Source: Oscillospiraceae bacterium (lineage in GTDB: Bacteria > Bacillota > Clostridia > UMGS1810). Taken from it: DNA of 64,000 nucleotides. The position numbers and the translations under genes were made by a program. Of the stretch, positions 1 through 8,913 are shown piece after piece. Location of the stretch: assembly GCA_021629085.1 (NCBI GenBank), contig JAJXRJ010000006.1, positions 6,660 to 70,659 on the forward strand, in the 5' to 3' direction. The notes under the pieces were generated by a model. It was not told the origin of the DNA and did no database searches. It worked only from the letters and a program-made list of their open reading frames with translations. Positions within the stretch are counted from its first letter, which is position 1. Each line of letters opens with the position of its first letter.

Positions 1-617
1 ACAACAACTGGGCTTGGAGCGCAACCTGGTGGAGCGACCCGGTGGTTTTGGGGCACTATCCCGAAGACCGGCTTTCGCTCTACGGGCAGTATTTGCCCAG
101 GCACTATGAAAACGATTTGTCCGACATCTGCCAGCCGCTGGACTTTTACGGCCAGAACATTTACAATGGCTTTGCAGTAAAAGCGGACGAAAACGGGAAT
201 CCGGTACGTCTGCCCCGGCCAGAAGGCTTCCCGCGCACAGCGTGCGGCTGGCCCATCACGCCGCGGGCGATCAAGTGGTGCGCAAAGCACCTGTACGAAC
301 GCTATCAGCTCCCCATTTACATCACTGAAAACGGTATGTCGTGCCACGACGCGGTGTCGCTGGACGGCAAGGTGCACGACCCCAACCGCATCGACTTTTT
401 GCACCGCTATCTGCTGGCGCTTAAAGAAGCGGTGGACGAGGGCGCAAAGGTGGCGGGCTATTTCCAGTGGTCGCTCATGGACAACTTCGAGTGGGCACTG
501 GGCTACAGCGAGCGGTTTGGCTTAATTTATGTGGACTATCCCACAAAGGCGCGCATCATCAAAGACAGCGGCTATTGGTATAAATCGGTCATTGCATCCA
601 ACGGCGCCAATTTATAA
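1..617 (+). CDS. Glycoside hydrolase family 1 beta-glucosidase, C-terminal part (5' end outside window)
   Basis: The frame is open from base 3. The translation has the GH1 nucleophile motif YITENG and the C-terminal WSLMDNFEW...GYSERFGLIYVD signature. ORF-track entry 42..617 is only the part after an internal GTG. Confidence 0.85.
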   Translation, partial: NNWAWSATWWSDPVVLGHYPEDRLSLYGQYLPRHYENDLSDICQPLDFYGQNIYNGFAVKADENGNPVRLPRPEGFPRTACGWPITPRAIKWCAKHLYERYQLPIYITENGMSCHDAVSLDGKVHDPNRIDFLHRYLLALKEAVDEGAKVAGYFQWSLMDNFEWALGYSERFGLIYVDYPTKARIIKDSGYWYKSVIASNGANL

Positions 618-621
618 ATAC

Positions 622-664
622 AAAAAACCGGGGCATCCCAAAAATGGGGCGTCCCGGTTTTTTT
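622..664. terminator. Bidirectional intrinsic terminator between the convergent GH1 and GNAT genes
   Basis: AAAAAACCGGGGCATCCCAAAAATGGGGCGTCCCGGTTTTTTT: a GC-rich inverted repeat flanked by an A-run and a T-run. Confidence 0.7.
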
Positions 665-1217
665 ACACTTCACATTCCAGCTGGCAGTCGCACGGCTCTT
701 TTTCCACGTGCATGGCGTTGGTTTCTTTGGCTTCCACACAGCCCATGGCGCGGTAAAACGCCTGGGTTTCCACAGCGGAGTGCGCCGAAATGTAGAGCTT
801 TTTTGCGCCGTTTTCCTTTGCAAAGGCCTTGGCCTTTTCAAACAGCGCCCGCCCAATGCCGTGCCCGCGCATATCCTGCGACACGTGGATGCTGGATAAA
901 TCCATATATTGCCCGTATCTGCCAAAGCGTGCGCCTTCCACCGAAAAAAACCCTTTGAGCATTCCTCTAAAAAACGCGCCCGTCACCAGGCCCCCCGTTT
1001 GGACGGTGTTTTTCAGGCAGTTTACAAGCGTTTGATAGTCTTCTTTGGTCCAGTCGTCTACAAACGTAATGTCCTTTATCACCCATGTGCCATTTTCCTT
1101 CCGCCAGCACTTCGAAACTTCCTGCCGGCGCACAAAGTGGGAAAACAGCGCGGGGCAAATCTCGTCTTTGCAAAGACTGCGGTATAAAACGGCTGGGATC
1201 CCCTGTTTTCCGCTCAT
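663..1217 (-). CDS. GNAT family N-acetyltransferase
   Basis: 184-aa ORF with an acetyl-CoA-binding-like core (VSQDMRGHGIGRALFEKAKAFAKENG). Its ATG overlaps the stop of the upstream synthetase gene (ATGA). Confidence 0.75.
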   Translation of the reverse strand: MSGKQGIPAVLYRSLCKDEICPALFSHFVRRQEVSKCWRKENGTWVIKDITFVDDWTKEDYQTLVNCLKNTVQTGGLVTGAFFRGMLKGFFSVEGARFGRYGQYMDLSSIHVSQDMRGHGIGRALFEKAKAFAKENGAKKLYISAHSAVETQAFYRAMGCVEAKETNAMHVEKEPCDCQLECEV

Positions 1218-2884
1218 GCCTTTTTGCTGTCCTTTTCCCGCAGCTCCACCCGGCGGATTTTGCCGCTGATGGTTTTGGGAAGCTCGTTTACAAACTCCAC
1301 AATGCGCGGGTATTTATAGGGTGCGGTGGTTTTTTTCACGTGGTTTTGCAGCTCTTTTTTGAGTTCTTCCGACGGCTGATATCCCTTTGCCAGCACAATG
1401 GTGGCCTTTACCACCTGCCCGCGCACCTCGTCGGGCACAGCGGTAATCGCGGTTTCAAACACTGCCGGATGCTCCATCAGTGCGCTCTCCACCTCAAACG
1501 GCCCAATGCGGTAGCCCGAGCTTTTGATCACATCGTCCACCCGGCCCACATACCAGTAAAACCCGTTTTCATCGCACCACGCAAGGTCGCCGGTGTGATA
1601 AAATTTCCCGTCCAGCACGGTTTTGGTCTTTTCCTCGTCAAACAGATAGCTGTCAAACACGCCCACTGGCTTGCCGTCCGTGATGTCAAACACGATTTCG
1701 CCCGTCTGCCCGGGGTCACACACCTCTCCGTCGTCGTTTATGAGATACGCCTTATATCCAGGCGACGGCTTCCCCATGGAACCGGGGTTGGGCTCGTCCC
1801 AGTAATAGGCGGCAAGCGACAGGCCGGATTCCGTCTGCCCAAAGCCCTCATAGAGCTTTTGCCCGGTGGCGGCAAGGAACTGGTTATACACCTCGGGGTT
1901 TAAGGCCTCGCCCGCGGTGGTGCAGTGGGTGAGCGACGAAAGGTCGTAGTTTTTAAGGTCACATTTGATGAAAAACCGGTAGATGGTGGGCGGCGCGCAA
2001 AACGTGGTGATTTTATATTCTTCGATTTTGGAAAGCAAATCCGAAGGCTGGAATTTATCGCTGTAGTCATACACAAATATGCCGGTGCCCGCAATCATCT
2101 GCCCATACAGCTTGCCCCACACCGCCTTGCCCCAGCCGGTGTCCGCAACCGTTAAGTGCAGCCCGTCGTCCACCACATTGTGCCAATATTTGGCCGTGGT
2201 GATGTGCACCAGCGGGTAGTCAAACGTATGCACCACCATCTTGGGCTGGCCGGTGGTGCCGGAGGTAAAATAGAGCAGCATTTTGTCCTTTACCGTGGTA
2301 CCCGCTTCCCCTGTGGGACGGGGAAATACGTCGGATGCAGCCTCCACACCCTTTGTAAACGACGACCAGCCTTCCTTTTCGCCCCGCACCATGGAAAGTG
2401 CGCAGACGCTGGGGGATTCGGGCATGGCGTCCTCAATGTGCTGTGCAATATCGCCCTCGCCGCTTGCCACAATGAGCTTGATTTTTGCGGCGTTGGCACG
2501 GTAGGCCACATCTTTTTTGGTGAGCAGGTGGGTGGCGGGAATGGTGATGGCGCCAATTTTGTGCAGTGCGATAATCGCATACCAGAACTCATAGTGCCGC
2601 TTTAAAATGAGCATGACCATATCGCCCTTTTTTATGCCCAGGCTTTTGAAATAGTTGGCGGTTTTGTTGGTCATTTTAGAAAGCTCGCCATAGGTGATGG
2701 TCTTTTTTTCGCCCTCGTCGTTGCACCACTTGAGCGCAACCTTTTCCGGGCATCTTGCCGCATAGACGTCCACCACGTCAAAGCCAAAATTGAAATTTTT
2801 ATCAAATTTTAATTGATAGTTTTTATAAAAGTCCGCATAGCTTGAAAAATCGGTGCGGACCAAAAATTCATCCAATAAATTCAC
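1214..2884 (-). CDS. AMP-forming acyl-CoA synthetase (medium-chain/ACSM-like AMP-binding enzyme)
   Basis: 556 aa. It has the AMP-binding motif YFTSGTTGQPKMV, a TGD motif (YHTGDLA) and the C-terminal A10 motif PKTISGKIRR. Confidence 0.85.
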   Translation of the reverse strand: MNLLDEFLVRTDFSSYADFYKNYQLKFDKNFNFGFDVVDVYAARCPEKVALKWCNDEGEKKTITYGELSKMTNKTANYFKSLGIKKGDMVMLILKRHYEFWYAIIALHKIGAITIPATHLLTKKDVAYRANAAKIKLIVASGEGDIAQHIEDAMPESPSVCALSMVRGEKEGWSSFTKGVEAASDVFPRPTGEAGTTVKDKMLLYFTSGTTGQPKMVVHTFDYPLVHITTAKYWHNVVDDGLHLTVADTGWGKAVWGKLYGQMIAGTGIFVYDYSDKFQPSDLLSKIEEYKITTFCAPPTIYRFFIKCDLKNYDLSSLTHCTTAGEALNPEVYNQFLAATGQKLYEGFGQTESGLSLAAYYWDEPNPGSMGKPSPGYKAYLINDDGEVCDPGQTGEIVFDITDGKPVGVFDSYLFDEEKTKTVLDGKFYHTGDLAWCDENGFYWYVGRVDDVIKSSGYRIGPFEVESALMEHPAVFETAITAVPDEVRGQVVKATIVLAKGYQPSEELKKELQNHVKKTTAPYKYPRIVEFVNELPKTISGKIRRVELREKDSKKA

Positions 2885-2897
2885 TTTTCACACGCTC

Positions 2898-3455
2898 CTA
2901 GTTTAAGATGATGGCCAAAAATTTTGCACTTTTCCCGCCCATGGCGCGCATGCCATGCGGATAGGCCGAGTTAAAATAAATGGAATCGCCAGGGGTAAGG
3001 CGCTCTTCCTTGCCGTTAATCAAAATGGCAAGCTCGCCCTCTAACACGTAGTTGTACTCCTGCCCGGGGTGGGAATTTTCGTGAACTTCCAAATCCTCGC
3101 CCAGATAGGGCACCTCCACTAAAAAGGGCTCAATTTTCTTGTTGTGGAAGTTATACGCCAAATTGTGATAGCGATACTGCTCACGGCGTTTTACTTCCAA
3201 CCCTTTCCCGTTTTTTACCACCTGGTAAATGTTGAGCTTGGGCGCGTCGCCGGACAAAATTTCCGTCAAATCCACGCCAAACCGGCCCGCTGCCTCATAC
3301 AGCACGCTAATGGGAATGTCCGTGCCGCCCTCTTCATATGCGCGGTAGGTTTCCACCGGTATGTTTAACGACTTTGCCATATCCTCGGCCGAAATCTCCG
3401 AAATCTCCCTCAAATCACGAATTCGCTGGGCAATTAACTGAATTTGTTCCGACAT
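2898..3455 (-). CDS. XRE-family HTH transcriptional regulator with a C-terminal cupin domain
   Basis: 185 aa. N-terminal HTH_3-like segment (IAQRIRDLREISEISAEDMAKSLNIPVETYRAYEEG) and C-terminal cupin-like segment (HENSHPGQEYNYVLEG...FNSAYPHGMRA). It lies 13 nt upstream of the synthetase gene. Confidence 0.8.
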   Translation of the reverse strand: MSEQIQLIAQRIRDLREISEISAEDMAKSLNIPVETYRAYEEGGTDIPISVLYEAAGRFGVDLTEILSGDAPKLNIYQVVKNGKGLEVKRREQYRYHNLAYNFHNKKIEPFLVEVPYLGEDLEVHENSHPGQEYNYVLEGELAILINGKEERLTPGDSIYFNSAYPHGMRAMGGKSAKFLAIILN

Positions 3456-3653
3456 TTTTTGCGCTCCTTTCCAATTAAAAAATGAATTTACTATTTCGTT
3501 TTATCATACCAATTTGACAGGAATTTGTAAAGGGATTTTTGGAAAAAAAGGCAGATTGAACAAAATCGCCCGCACACGCCATTTCTCGTTTGGCGATTTT
3601 TAGTGTACAAAGGCGCGTAAATGGATAAAAATTGAACAACTTGAAAATATGTA

Positions 3654-3682
3654 TTGAAAAATGGAGTTTGATGTATTATAAT
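3654..3682 (+). promoter_or_regulatory. Sigma-A-type promoter for the phosphofructokinase gene
   Basis: TTGAAA (3654-3659), 17-nt spacer, TATAAT (3677-3682). Confidence 0.5.
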
Positions 3683-3724
3683 AAAGGGTAAATGACGCAA
3701 ATTTGGAAAGGAATGGTACACATT

Positions 3725-5008
3725 ATGGCAAAAAATGTAGTTGTATGCCAGTCGGGCGGCCCTACCTCCGTCATCAACAACTCCCTGCGCGGCGTTGTGG
3801 AGGCATGTAAGGCTTATCCGGATGTATTCGGCACTGTATATGGCGGTTTTCACGGTGTTGAGGGCATTTTAAAAGAGGAGCTCATCAATCTTTCCAAGCA
3901 GCCGGCAGAAGAAATTGCCCTGCTTCGGACAACCCCCACTGCGGGATTTATCGGCTCTTGCCGCTATAAGCTCAGAGAGCACAACCAAGAGGATTTTGAG
4001 CGGGTGGTGGAGGTGCTAAAGGCACACAACGTGGGCTACCTGTTCTACATCGGTGGAAACGACTCCATGGACACCGCGAACAAAATCAGCATTTTGGCGC
4101 GCGAAAAAGGGCTGGACCTGGTGGCAACCGGCGTGCCCAAAACCATTGACAATGACGTGGGCGACAGCGAATTTACCATCATTGACCACACCCCGGGCTA
4201 CGGCAGTGTGGCGCGCTACTGGGCAAATATGGTGCAGATGGTCAACGAAGAGAACACCGGCACCTACGGCTCAGGCCCTGTGCTCATTTTGCAGGCCATG
4301 GGCCGCAAAATCGGATATATCCCTGCGGCGGCAAGGCTTGCCGACCCTGACCGCGAAATGCCGCTGCGCATCTATATGGCAGAGTCCAACTACACGCTGG
4401 ACATGATTGCAGACGATGTCAACGACCTGTTAAAACAGCGCGGCCGCGCCATTGTGGTGGTGAGCGAGGGCTTAAACGTGGGCGATTTGGGCGAAACCAA
4501 AGACCAGTTTGGACATGCCCAGTTTGGCGCAAGCCAAATGACCGTGGCGCAAAAAATTGTCAACCACTTAAACGAAGTGGGCCTTTCGGCGCGCGGCAAG
4601 GCAAAGAGCCAGGTTTCAGGCACTGACCAGCGCGGCAATATTATCAATGCGTCGTCGGTGGATTTGGACGAGGCCTACACATTGGGCCAACAGGCAGTTA
4701 AAATTGCGGTGGAAGACGGCAATGGCTACATGTCCACCATTTTGAGAAACCCCGGCAACGTCTACTCTGTCCGCTACGACAAAGTGCCGCTGGAGCTGGT
4801 GGCAAACTCGGAGCGCACCTTCCCCGAGGCGTGGATGAACAAGGAGAAAAACGACGTCACCGACGAATTTATCGCTTATGCAAAGCCGCTTTTGGGCAAC
4901 GACTGGGTGTCTGTGCCGCTGGAAAACGGCAGGATGCGGTTTGCGCGCATGCAGCCCATCTTTGCAGAAAAGAAGCTTGCAAACTACGTGCCGCAGGATT
5001 ACCGGTAA
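3725..5008 (+). CDS. 6-phosphofructokinase, long form with PPi-dependent-type signature residues
   Basis: PFK family (MAKNVVVCQSGGPTSVINN..., IGGNDSMDTA, GVPKTIDNDV). The ATG at 3725 is preferred over the ORF-track start at 3692 because the conserved N-terminus begins there. Confidence 0.85.
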   Translation: MAKNVVVCQSGGPTSVINNSLRGVVEACKAYPDVFGTVYGGFHGVEGILKEELINLSKQPAEEIALLRTTPTAGFIGSCRYKLREHNQEDFERVVEVLKAHNVGYLFYIGGNDSMDTANKISILAREKGLDLVATGVPKTIDNDVGDSEFTIIDHTPGYGSVARYWANMVQMVNEENTGTYGSGPVLILQAMGRKIGYIPAAARLADPDREMPLRIYMAESNYTLDMIADDVNDLLKQRGRAIVVVSEGLNVGDLGETKDQFGHAQFGASQMTVAQKIVNHLNEVGLSARGKAKSQVSGTDQRGNIINASSVDLDEAYTLGQQAVKIAVEDGNGYMSTILRNPGNVYSVRYDKVPLELVANSERTFPEAWMNKEKNDVTDEFIAYAKPLLGNDWVSVPLENGRMRFARMQPIFAEKKLANYVPQDYR

Positions 5009-5012
5009 ATAC

Positions 5013-5053
5013 AAAGAAACCGCACACAGCGTGTTTGATGTGTGCGGTTTTTT
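5013..5053. terminator. Bidirectional intrinsic terminator between the convergent pfk and thiE genes
   Basis: CCGCACACA (5020-5028) pairs with TGTGTGCGG (5039-5047). An A-rich run precedes it and TTTTTT follows. Confidence 0.7.
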
Positions 5054-5682
5054 CATGCGGAAAATATAGATTTCAGCGACCGTGCCGCAGCTGCAATATC
5101 CTTTTGCGCCACCACGGCGGAAACCACGGCAAGCCCGTTGATGCCCGTGCCCAAAAAGCGCGGGGCGGTTTGCTGGTTGATGCCGCCAATCACCACAATG
5201 GGCAGCGCCACTGCCGCACGGATGTGCTTGAGTTCTTCCATGCTCACCAGCTTTGCATCGGTTTTGGTGGCGGTTGCAAACATGGCGCCCACGCCCAAAT
5301 AGTCTGCGCCGTCCTGGGCGGCGCGCAGCGCCTCTTGGGTTGTCTGCACCGAAACGCCCAAAAGCTTGTCCGGCCCCAATATCTTGCGCACGATATTTGC
5401 CGGCAAATCGCTTTGCCCCACGTGCACGCCGTCCGCATCCGCCGCCAGCGCGACGTCCACCCGGTCGTTGATGATGAGCGGCACATGGAAGCGGCTGGTG
5501 ATGCGCTTTATGCGCACGGCCAAATTGTAAAATTCAAGCGCGCTGACATCCTTTTCGCGCAGCTGCACCACCGTGCACCCGCCCACAAGCGCCTGTTCTA
5601 CGCAGTCTTCCAGGGTGCTTGCCGTCATAAGCGCGCGGTCGGTGCAAAGATACAGCGTATAGTCAACAGTCGGTTTCATCAA
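5053..5682 (-). CDS. thiE: Thiamine-phosphate synthase
   Basis: 209 aa with typical ThiE sequence (LYLCTD..., VQLREKD, PLIINDRVDVALA..ADGVHVGQSDL, GVGAMFAT.TK). It overlaps the thiM end by 20 nt. Confidence 0.9.
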   Translation of the reverse strand: MMKPTVDYTLYLCTDRALMTASTLEDCVEQALVGGCTVVQLREKDVSALEFYNLAVRIKRITSRFHVPLIINDRVDVALAADADGVHVGQSDLPANIVRKILGPDKLLGVSVQTTQEALRAAQDGADYLGVGAMFATATKTDAKLVSMEELKHIRAAVALPIVVIGGINQQTAPRFLGTGINGLAVVSAVVAQKDIAAAARSLKSIFSA

Positions 5683-6487
5683 TCTTCACCTTTTTTAAAA
5701 AGAGATCAGAGCAAAGCGTGCTCAGCGCATCAATGATGGCAATGTGGAAGCTGCCTGTGCCGTATTTCACCGCCTGGGGCTCAGCAATCTCGCCTGCAAT
5801 GCCCATACACGCCACGCCGCCCACCGCCGCGGCAAACAAATCGCCGCGCACGCCTGCAAATGCCCCCACAAGCGCGCTGGTCATGCAGCCGGTGCCTGTC
5901 ACTTTGGAGAGGCGGAAGGTGCCGTTTGCAATGCGCGCCACGCGTTTGCCGTCCGAAATGGTGTCAATTTCCCCTGTGATGGCCGCAACGCATCCAAAGG
6001 TGTTGGCCGCCTGCTTTGCAATGCCCACTGCATCAAGGTGCTCATCTTTGTCTGATGCGTCCACGCCCTTGGTGTTGGCCGCGGCGCCGGCAAGAAAGGC
6101 AATTTCCGACAGGTTGCCGCGCAAAATGTCCACGTGGACTTCCTTTAAAATCCGCACCGCACTTTGATTGCGATAGGCCGACGCGCCCGCGCCCACTGGG
6201 TCAAATACCACCGGCACTCCCGCATCGTTCGCTCGTTTCCCCGCCAAAATCATAGATTCCACCGTGCGGGCGTTTAACGTGCCCATGTTTAATACCACAG
6301 CCGACGAAATGGCCGCAATGTCGCCCGCTTCTTCGATGGCGTCCGCCATAATGGGCGAACCGCCAATGGCCAAGATGGCATTTGCCACGTCGTTTACCGT
6401 CACATAATTGGTGATGTTGTGAATGAGCGGCGATATCTTGCGCAAGGTGTCGAGCTGTGCTGCGGATTGCTGTGTGATTGTGTTCAT
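5663..6487 (-). CDS. thiM: Hydroxyethylthiazole kinase
   Basis: 274 aa. ThiM-like sequence (PLIHNITNYVTVNDVANAILAIGGSPIMA..., VVFDPVGAGAS, TGTGCM). Confidence 0.9.
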   Translation of the reverse strand: MNTITQQSAAQLDTLRKISPLIHNITNYVTVNDVANAILAIGGSPIMADAIEEAGDIAAISSAVVLNMGTLNARTVESMILAGKRANDAGVPVVFDPVGAGASAYRNQSAVRILKEVHVDILRGNLSEIAFLAGAAANTKGVDASDKDEHLDAVGIAKQAANTFGCVAAITGEIDTISDGKRVARIANGTFRLSKVTGTGCMTSALVGAFAGVRGDLFAAAVGGVACMGIAGEIAEPQAVKYGTGSFHIAIIDALSTLCSDLFLKKVKIDETDC

Positions 6488-6569
6488 TAAAAAGTCTCTC
6501 CTTTGTCATAGAATTCTGTTCTGTAAGGCCGGATACCCCGGCCAGGGTTATGGGGTGGTGCCCAAATTT

Positions 6570-7886
6570 TTATTTTTTTGTGCAATAAAGCTCCACGCTT
6601 TCGCCGTCCAAAATGCGGTTGGTGGTGCGCAGCGCACACATTTTGCCGCACATGGAGCACGTGTGCCTGTCGCTGGGCGGCGCGCTTTCAAAATACCGCC
6701 GCGCCTTGTCGCCGTCCAGCGCAAGATCAAACATGGCGTCCCAATCGGTGTTGTGCCGGGCGGTTGACATCTGGTTATCCCAGTCGCGCGCGCCGGGGAG
6801 GCCCTTGGCAATGTCCGCCGCGTGCGCCGCAATTTTGCTTGCCACTATCCCTTCGCGTACGTCGTCCAAATCGGGCAGCCGCAGGTGCTCGGCAGGGGTG
6901 ACATAGCACAGAAAATCCGCGCCGTTTGCAGCCGCAATTGCCCCGCCAATGGCGGATGTGATGTGGTCGTAGCCCGGCGCGATATCGGTGACAATGGGCC
7001 CTAACACATAAAACGGTGCGCCGTGGCACAGCCGTTTTTGCATGGCCATGTTTGCCGCAATTTCGCCCATCGCCATGTGCCCCGGCCCTTCCACCATCAC
7101 CTGCACATCCCGCGCCCAGGCGCGTTTGGTGAGGTTGCCCAGCTCAATAAGCTCTGCAATCTGCCCCGCATCTGAGCTGTCGTCAATGCACCCGGGCCGC
7201 AGTGCGTCGCCCAGGCTGATGGTCACGTCGTATTGGTTGAGGATGTCTAACACATCGTCATAGCGTTCAAAAAACGGGTTTTCCTTGCCGTTCATCTCCA
7301 TCCAGGCAAACAGCAGCGAGCCGCCCCGCGACACAATGTTCATGCGCCGGCCAGACCGCCGGAACGCTTCCACCGCCCGGCGGTTGATGCCCGCGTGGAT
7401 GGTCATAAAATCCACGCCCTCTTTGGCGTGCGCCTCCACCACTTTTAAAAAGTCGTCCGCTGTGATGGACGCAAGCTCCTTTTCCAAATATCCAATCGCG
7501 TCGTACATGGGCACAGTGCCAATCATGGCGGGGGATTTTTGGATGAGCGCGGTGCGGAAGGTGTTGGTTTTGCCAAAGTTGCTCAAATCCATAATGGCCT
7601 CCGCGCCGAATTTGAGCGCGAGGTCCACCTTTTGCATCTCCATCTCATAGTCGTTTAAATCGCCCGAAATGCCTAAGTTGACATTGATTTTCGTCTTTAG
7701 CCCTTCGCCCACGCCCTCGGCCGACAGCGCGGTGTGGCAAATGTTTGCGGGAATGGCAACCCGCCCTGCCGCCACGCGTTCGCGCAAAAGCCCGGGGTCT
7801 ATCTTCTCTTTTTGTGCGACTGTCTGCATTTCGGGCGTGATGACGCCCTGCTTGGCCGCTTCCATTTGGGTGTGATATGCTTTCAT
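6570..7886 (-). CDS. thiC: Phosphomethylpyrimidine synthase
   Basis: Radical-SAM ThiC sequence, including the C-terminal CSMCG..C motif. The start MKAYHTQME at 7886 has a GGAG Shine-Dalgarno sequence and overlaps the thiD stop (TGATG). The ORF-track start at 7913 is less likely. Confidence 0.9.
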   Translation of the reverse strand: MKAYHTQMEAAKQGVITPEMQTVAQKEKIDPGLLRERVAAGRVAIPANICHTALSAEGVGEGLKTKINVNLGISGDLNDYEMEMQKVDLALKFGAEAIMDLSNFGKTNTFRTALIQKSPAMIGTVPMYDAIGYLEKELASITADDFLKVVEAHAKEGVDFMTIHAGINRRAVEAFRRSGRRMNIVSRGGSLLFAWMEMNGKENPFFERYDDVLDILNQYDVTISLGDALRPGCIDDSSDAGQIAELIELGNLTKRAWARDVQVMVEGPGHMAMGEIAANMAMQKRLCHGAPFYVLGPIVTDIAPGYDHITSAIGGAIAAANGADFLCYVTPAEHLRLPDLDDVREGIVASKIAAHAADIAKGLPGARDWDNQMSTARHNTDWDAMFDLALDGDKARRYFESAPPSDRHTCSMCGKMCALRTTNRILDGESVELYCTKK

Positions 7887-8689
7887 CAAACCTTCTCCTT
7901 TCTTGTAGTCCATTCATACAGCGGGTTTGCCGGGCCGTTGCCGTGCCCAATGGGCAGCCCGTGCAAAATCGCACCGGTAATAAACGTTTTTGCCGCCGCC
8001 ACTGAAGACGGGATGTCCAGGCCGTTTGCCAAATTTGCCGCAATGGCAGAGGACAAAATACACCCCGTACCATGCGTGGCAGCGCTTTGTATGCGCGGCG
8101 CACGAAACGTGGTAAACTGTTTGCCGTCAAACAGCAGGTCACACGCGTCGCCCGCGAGGTGCCCGCCTTTTACAAGCACTGCGCCCGCGCCCATTTGGTG
8201 GATTGCACGCGCGGCGGCGCGCATGTCGTCTTCCGTTTGTATGCGCATGCCGGTTAAACCCTCCGCTTCGGGCAGGTTGGGCGTTACAAGCGACACATGG
8301 GGCAGGATGCAGCGGCAAAAGATATCCGCCATATTGGGCGCGGCAATGGCGCACCCGCCCGCGGTTGCCGCAAGCACCGGGTCGGCCACCACGTGTTTGA
8401 CGCCGTAAAAAGAAAGCGCGTCCGACACCGCCTGTGCCGCCTCCTGATTGGGCAGCAGCCCGATTTTTACCGCATCTACGGAAAAATCCTCCATGACAGC
8501 GCGGATCTGGCTTTGGATGATCTCTTTTGGCATGGCAAACACCGACAGCACGGCCTGCGTATTTTCGGCAATAACGCTGGTGACAGCGCAGGTGCCGTGC
8601 ACGCCGTGGGCCGCAAAGGTTTTTAAATCGGCCTGGATGCCCGCGCCGCCGCCTGCATCCGACCCGGCAATGGCAAGGCAAATGCGCAT
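7886..8689 (-). CDS. thiD: Hydroxymethylpyrimidine/phosphomethylpyrimidine kinase
   Basis: ThiD sequence ([24 protein letters not shown]..., ATHGTGC). The ATG at 8689 was chosen because the ORF-track 5' extension (8690-8833) is occupied by a TPP riboswitch. Confidence 0.9.
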   Translation of the reverse strand: MRICLAIAGSDAGGGAGIQADLKTFAAHGVHGTCAVTSVIAENTQAVLSVFAMPKEIIQSQIRAVMEDFSVDAVKIGLLPNQEAAQAVSDALSFYGVKHVVADPVLAATAGGCAIAAPNMADIFCRCILPHVSLVTPNLPEAEGLTGMRIQTEDDMRAAARAIHQMGAGAVLVKGGHLAGDACDLLFDGKQFTTFRAPRIQSAATHGTGCILSSAIAANLANGLDIPSSVAAAKTFITGAILHGLPIGHGNGPANPLYEWTTRKEKV

Positions 8690-8699
8690 AGGATGTTCC

Positions 8700-8830
8700 C
8701 CCCTCAAAAAAACAGCGCCTACGATAAATAGGCGCTGCAAATGGCAATTTTTGCTCCCTACGATCGTGTGAACGAACAGGTTCAAAGGGTCAGGTTTTAC
8801 CTTCTCAACGCTTTTGCGTCCCCCTGCAAA
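8700..8830 (-). promoter_or_regulatory. TPP (THI-box) riboswitch with terminator expression platform
   Basis: The minus strand reads CAGGGGGACGC..GCGUUGAGAAGG..AACCUGACCCUUUGAACCUGUUCGUUCACACGAUCGUAGGGAGC. This contains the conserved UGAGA, ACCCUUUGAACCUG and GUAGGGA elements. It is followed by the hairpin AGCGCCUA/UAGGCGCU (8736-8714) and UUUUUUU. Confidence 0.9.
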
Positions 8831-8847
8831 CATCTGTAATTTTTTAC

Positions 8848-8876
8848 AGTATACTACAAATTTTTCCTGCTGTCAA
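8848..8876 (-). promoter_or_regulatory. Sigma-A-type promoter of the thi operon
   Basis: Minus strand: TTGACA (8876-8871), 17 nt, TATACT (8853-8848), just upstream of the riboswitch. Confidence 0.6.
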
Positions 8877-8913
8877 GACAATGGCCGGCAGTAGGCCGGA
8901 TCCCCTTTCTGTT

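Noticed and set aside
622-664. The terminators at 622-664 and 46775-46811 share a GGGCATCCC(C)AAAAA(T)GGGG core, suggesting a repeat family.
   Set aside because: The shared segment is short and is the sort of GC-stem/A-loop composition expected of independent intrinsic terminators. There are only two copies in the window. A genome-wide count would be needed.
3563-3602. Hairpin ATCGCC-N21-GGCGAT followed by TTTTAG, in the regulator/pfk intergenic region.
   Set aside because: It has a large loop, a short stem and no upstream gene on the plus strand to terminate. The support is insufficient.
4831-5736. Long ORFs antisense to or overlapping confidently assigned genes. Examples: 4831..5736 (+) over thiE, 32028..32966 (-) over recA, 42215..43168 (-) over dnaJ, 14945..15763 (-) over the GH18 gene, 1085..1903 (+) over the synthetase gene, 50710..51471 (-), 59308..60018 (+), 54042..54812 (-).
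   Set aside because: They lie opposite genes with unambiguous homology-type motifs. Their products are Arg/Ala/Gly/His-rich and low in complexity, as expected from reading GC-rich coding DNA in the wrong frame. None has a convincing Shine-Dalgarno sequence.
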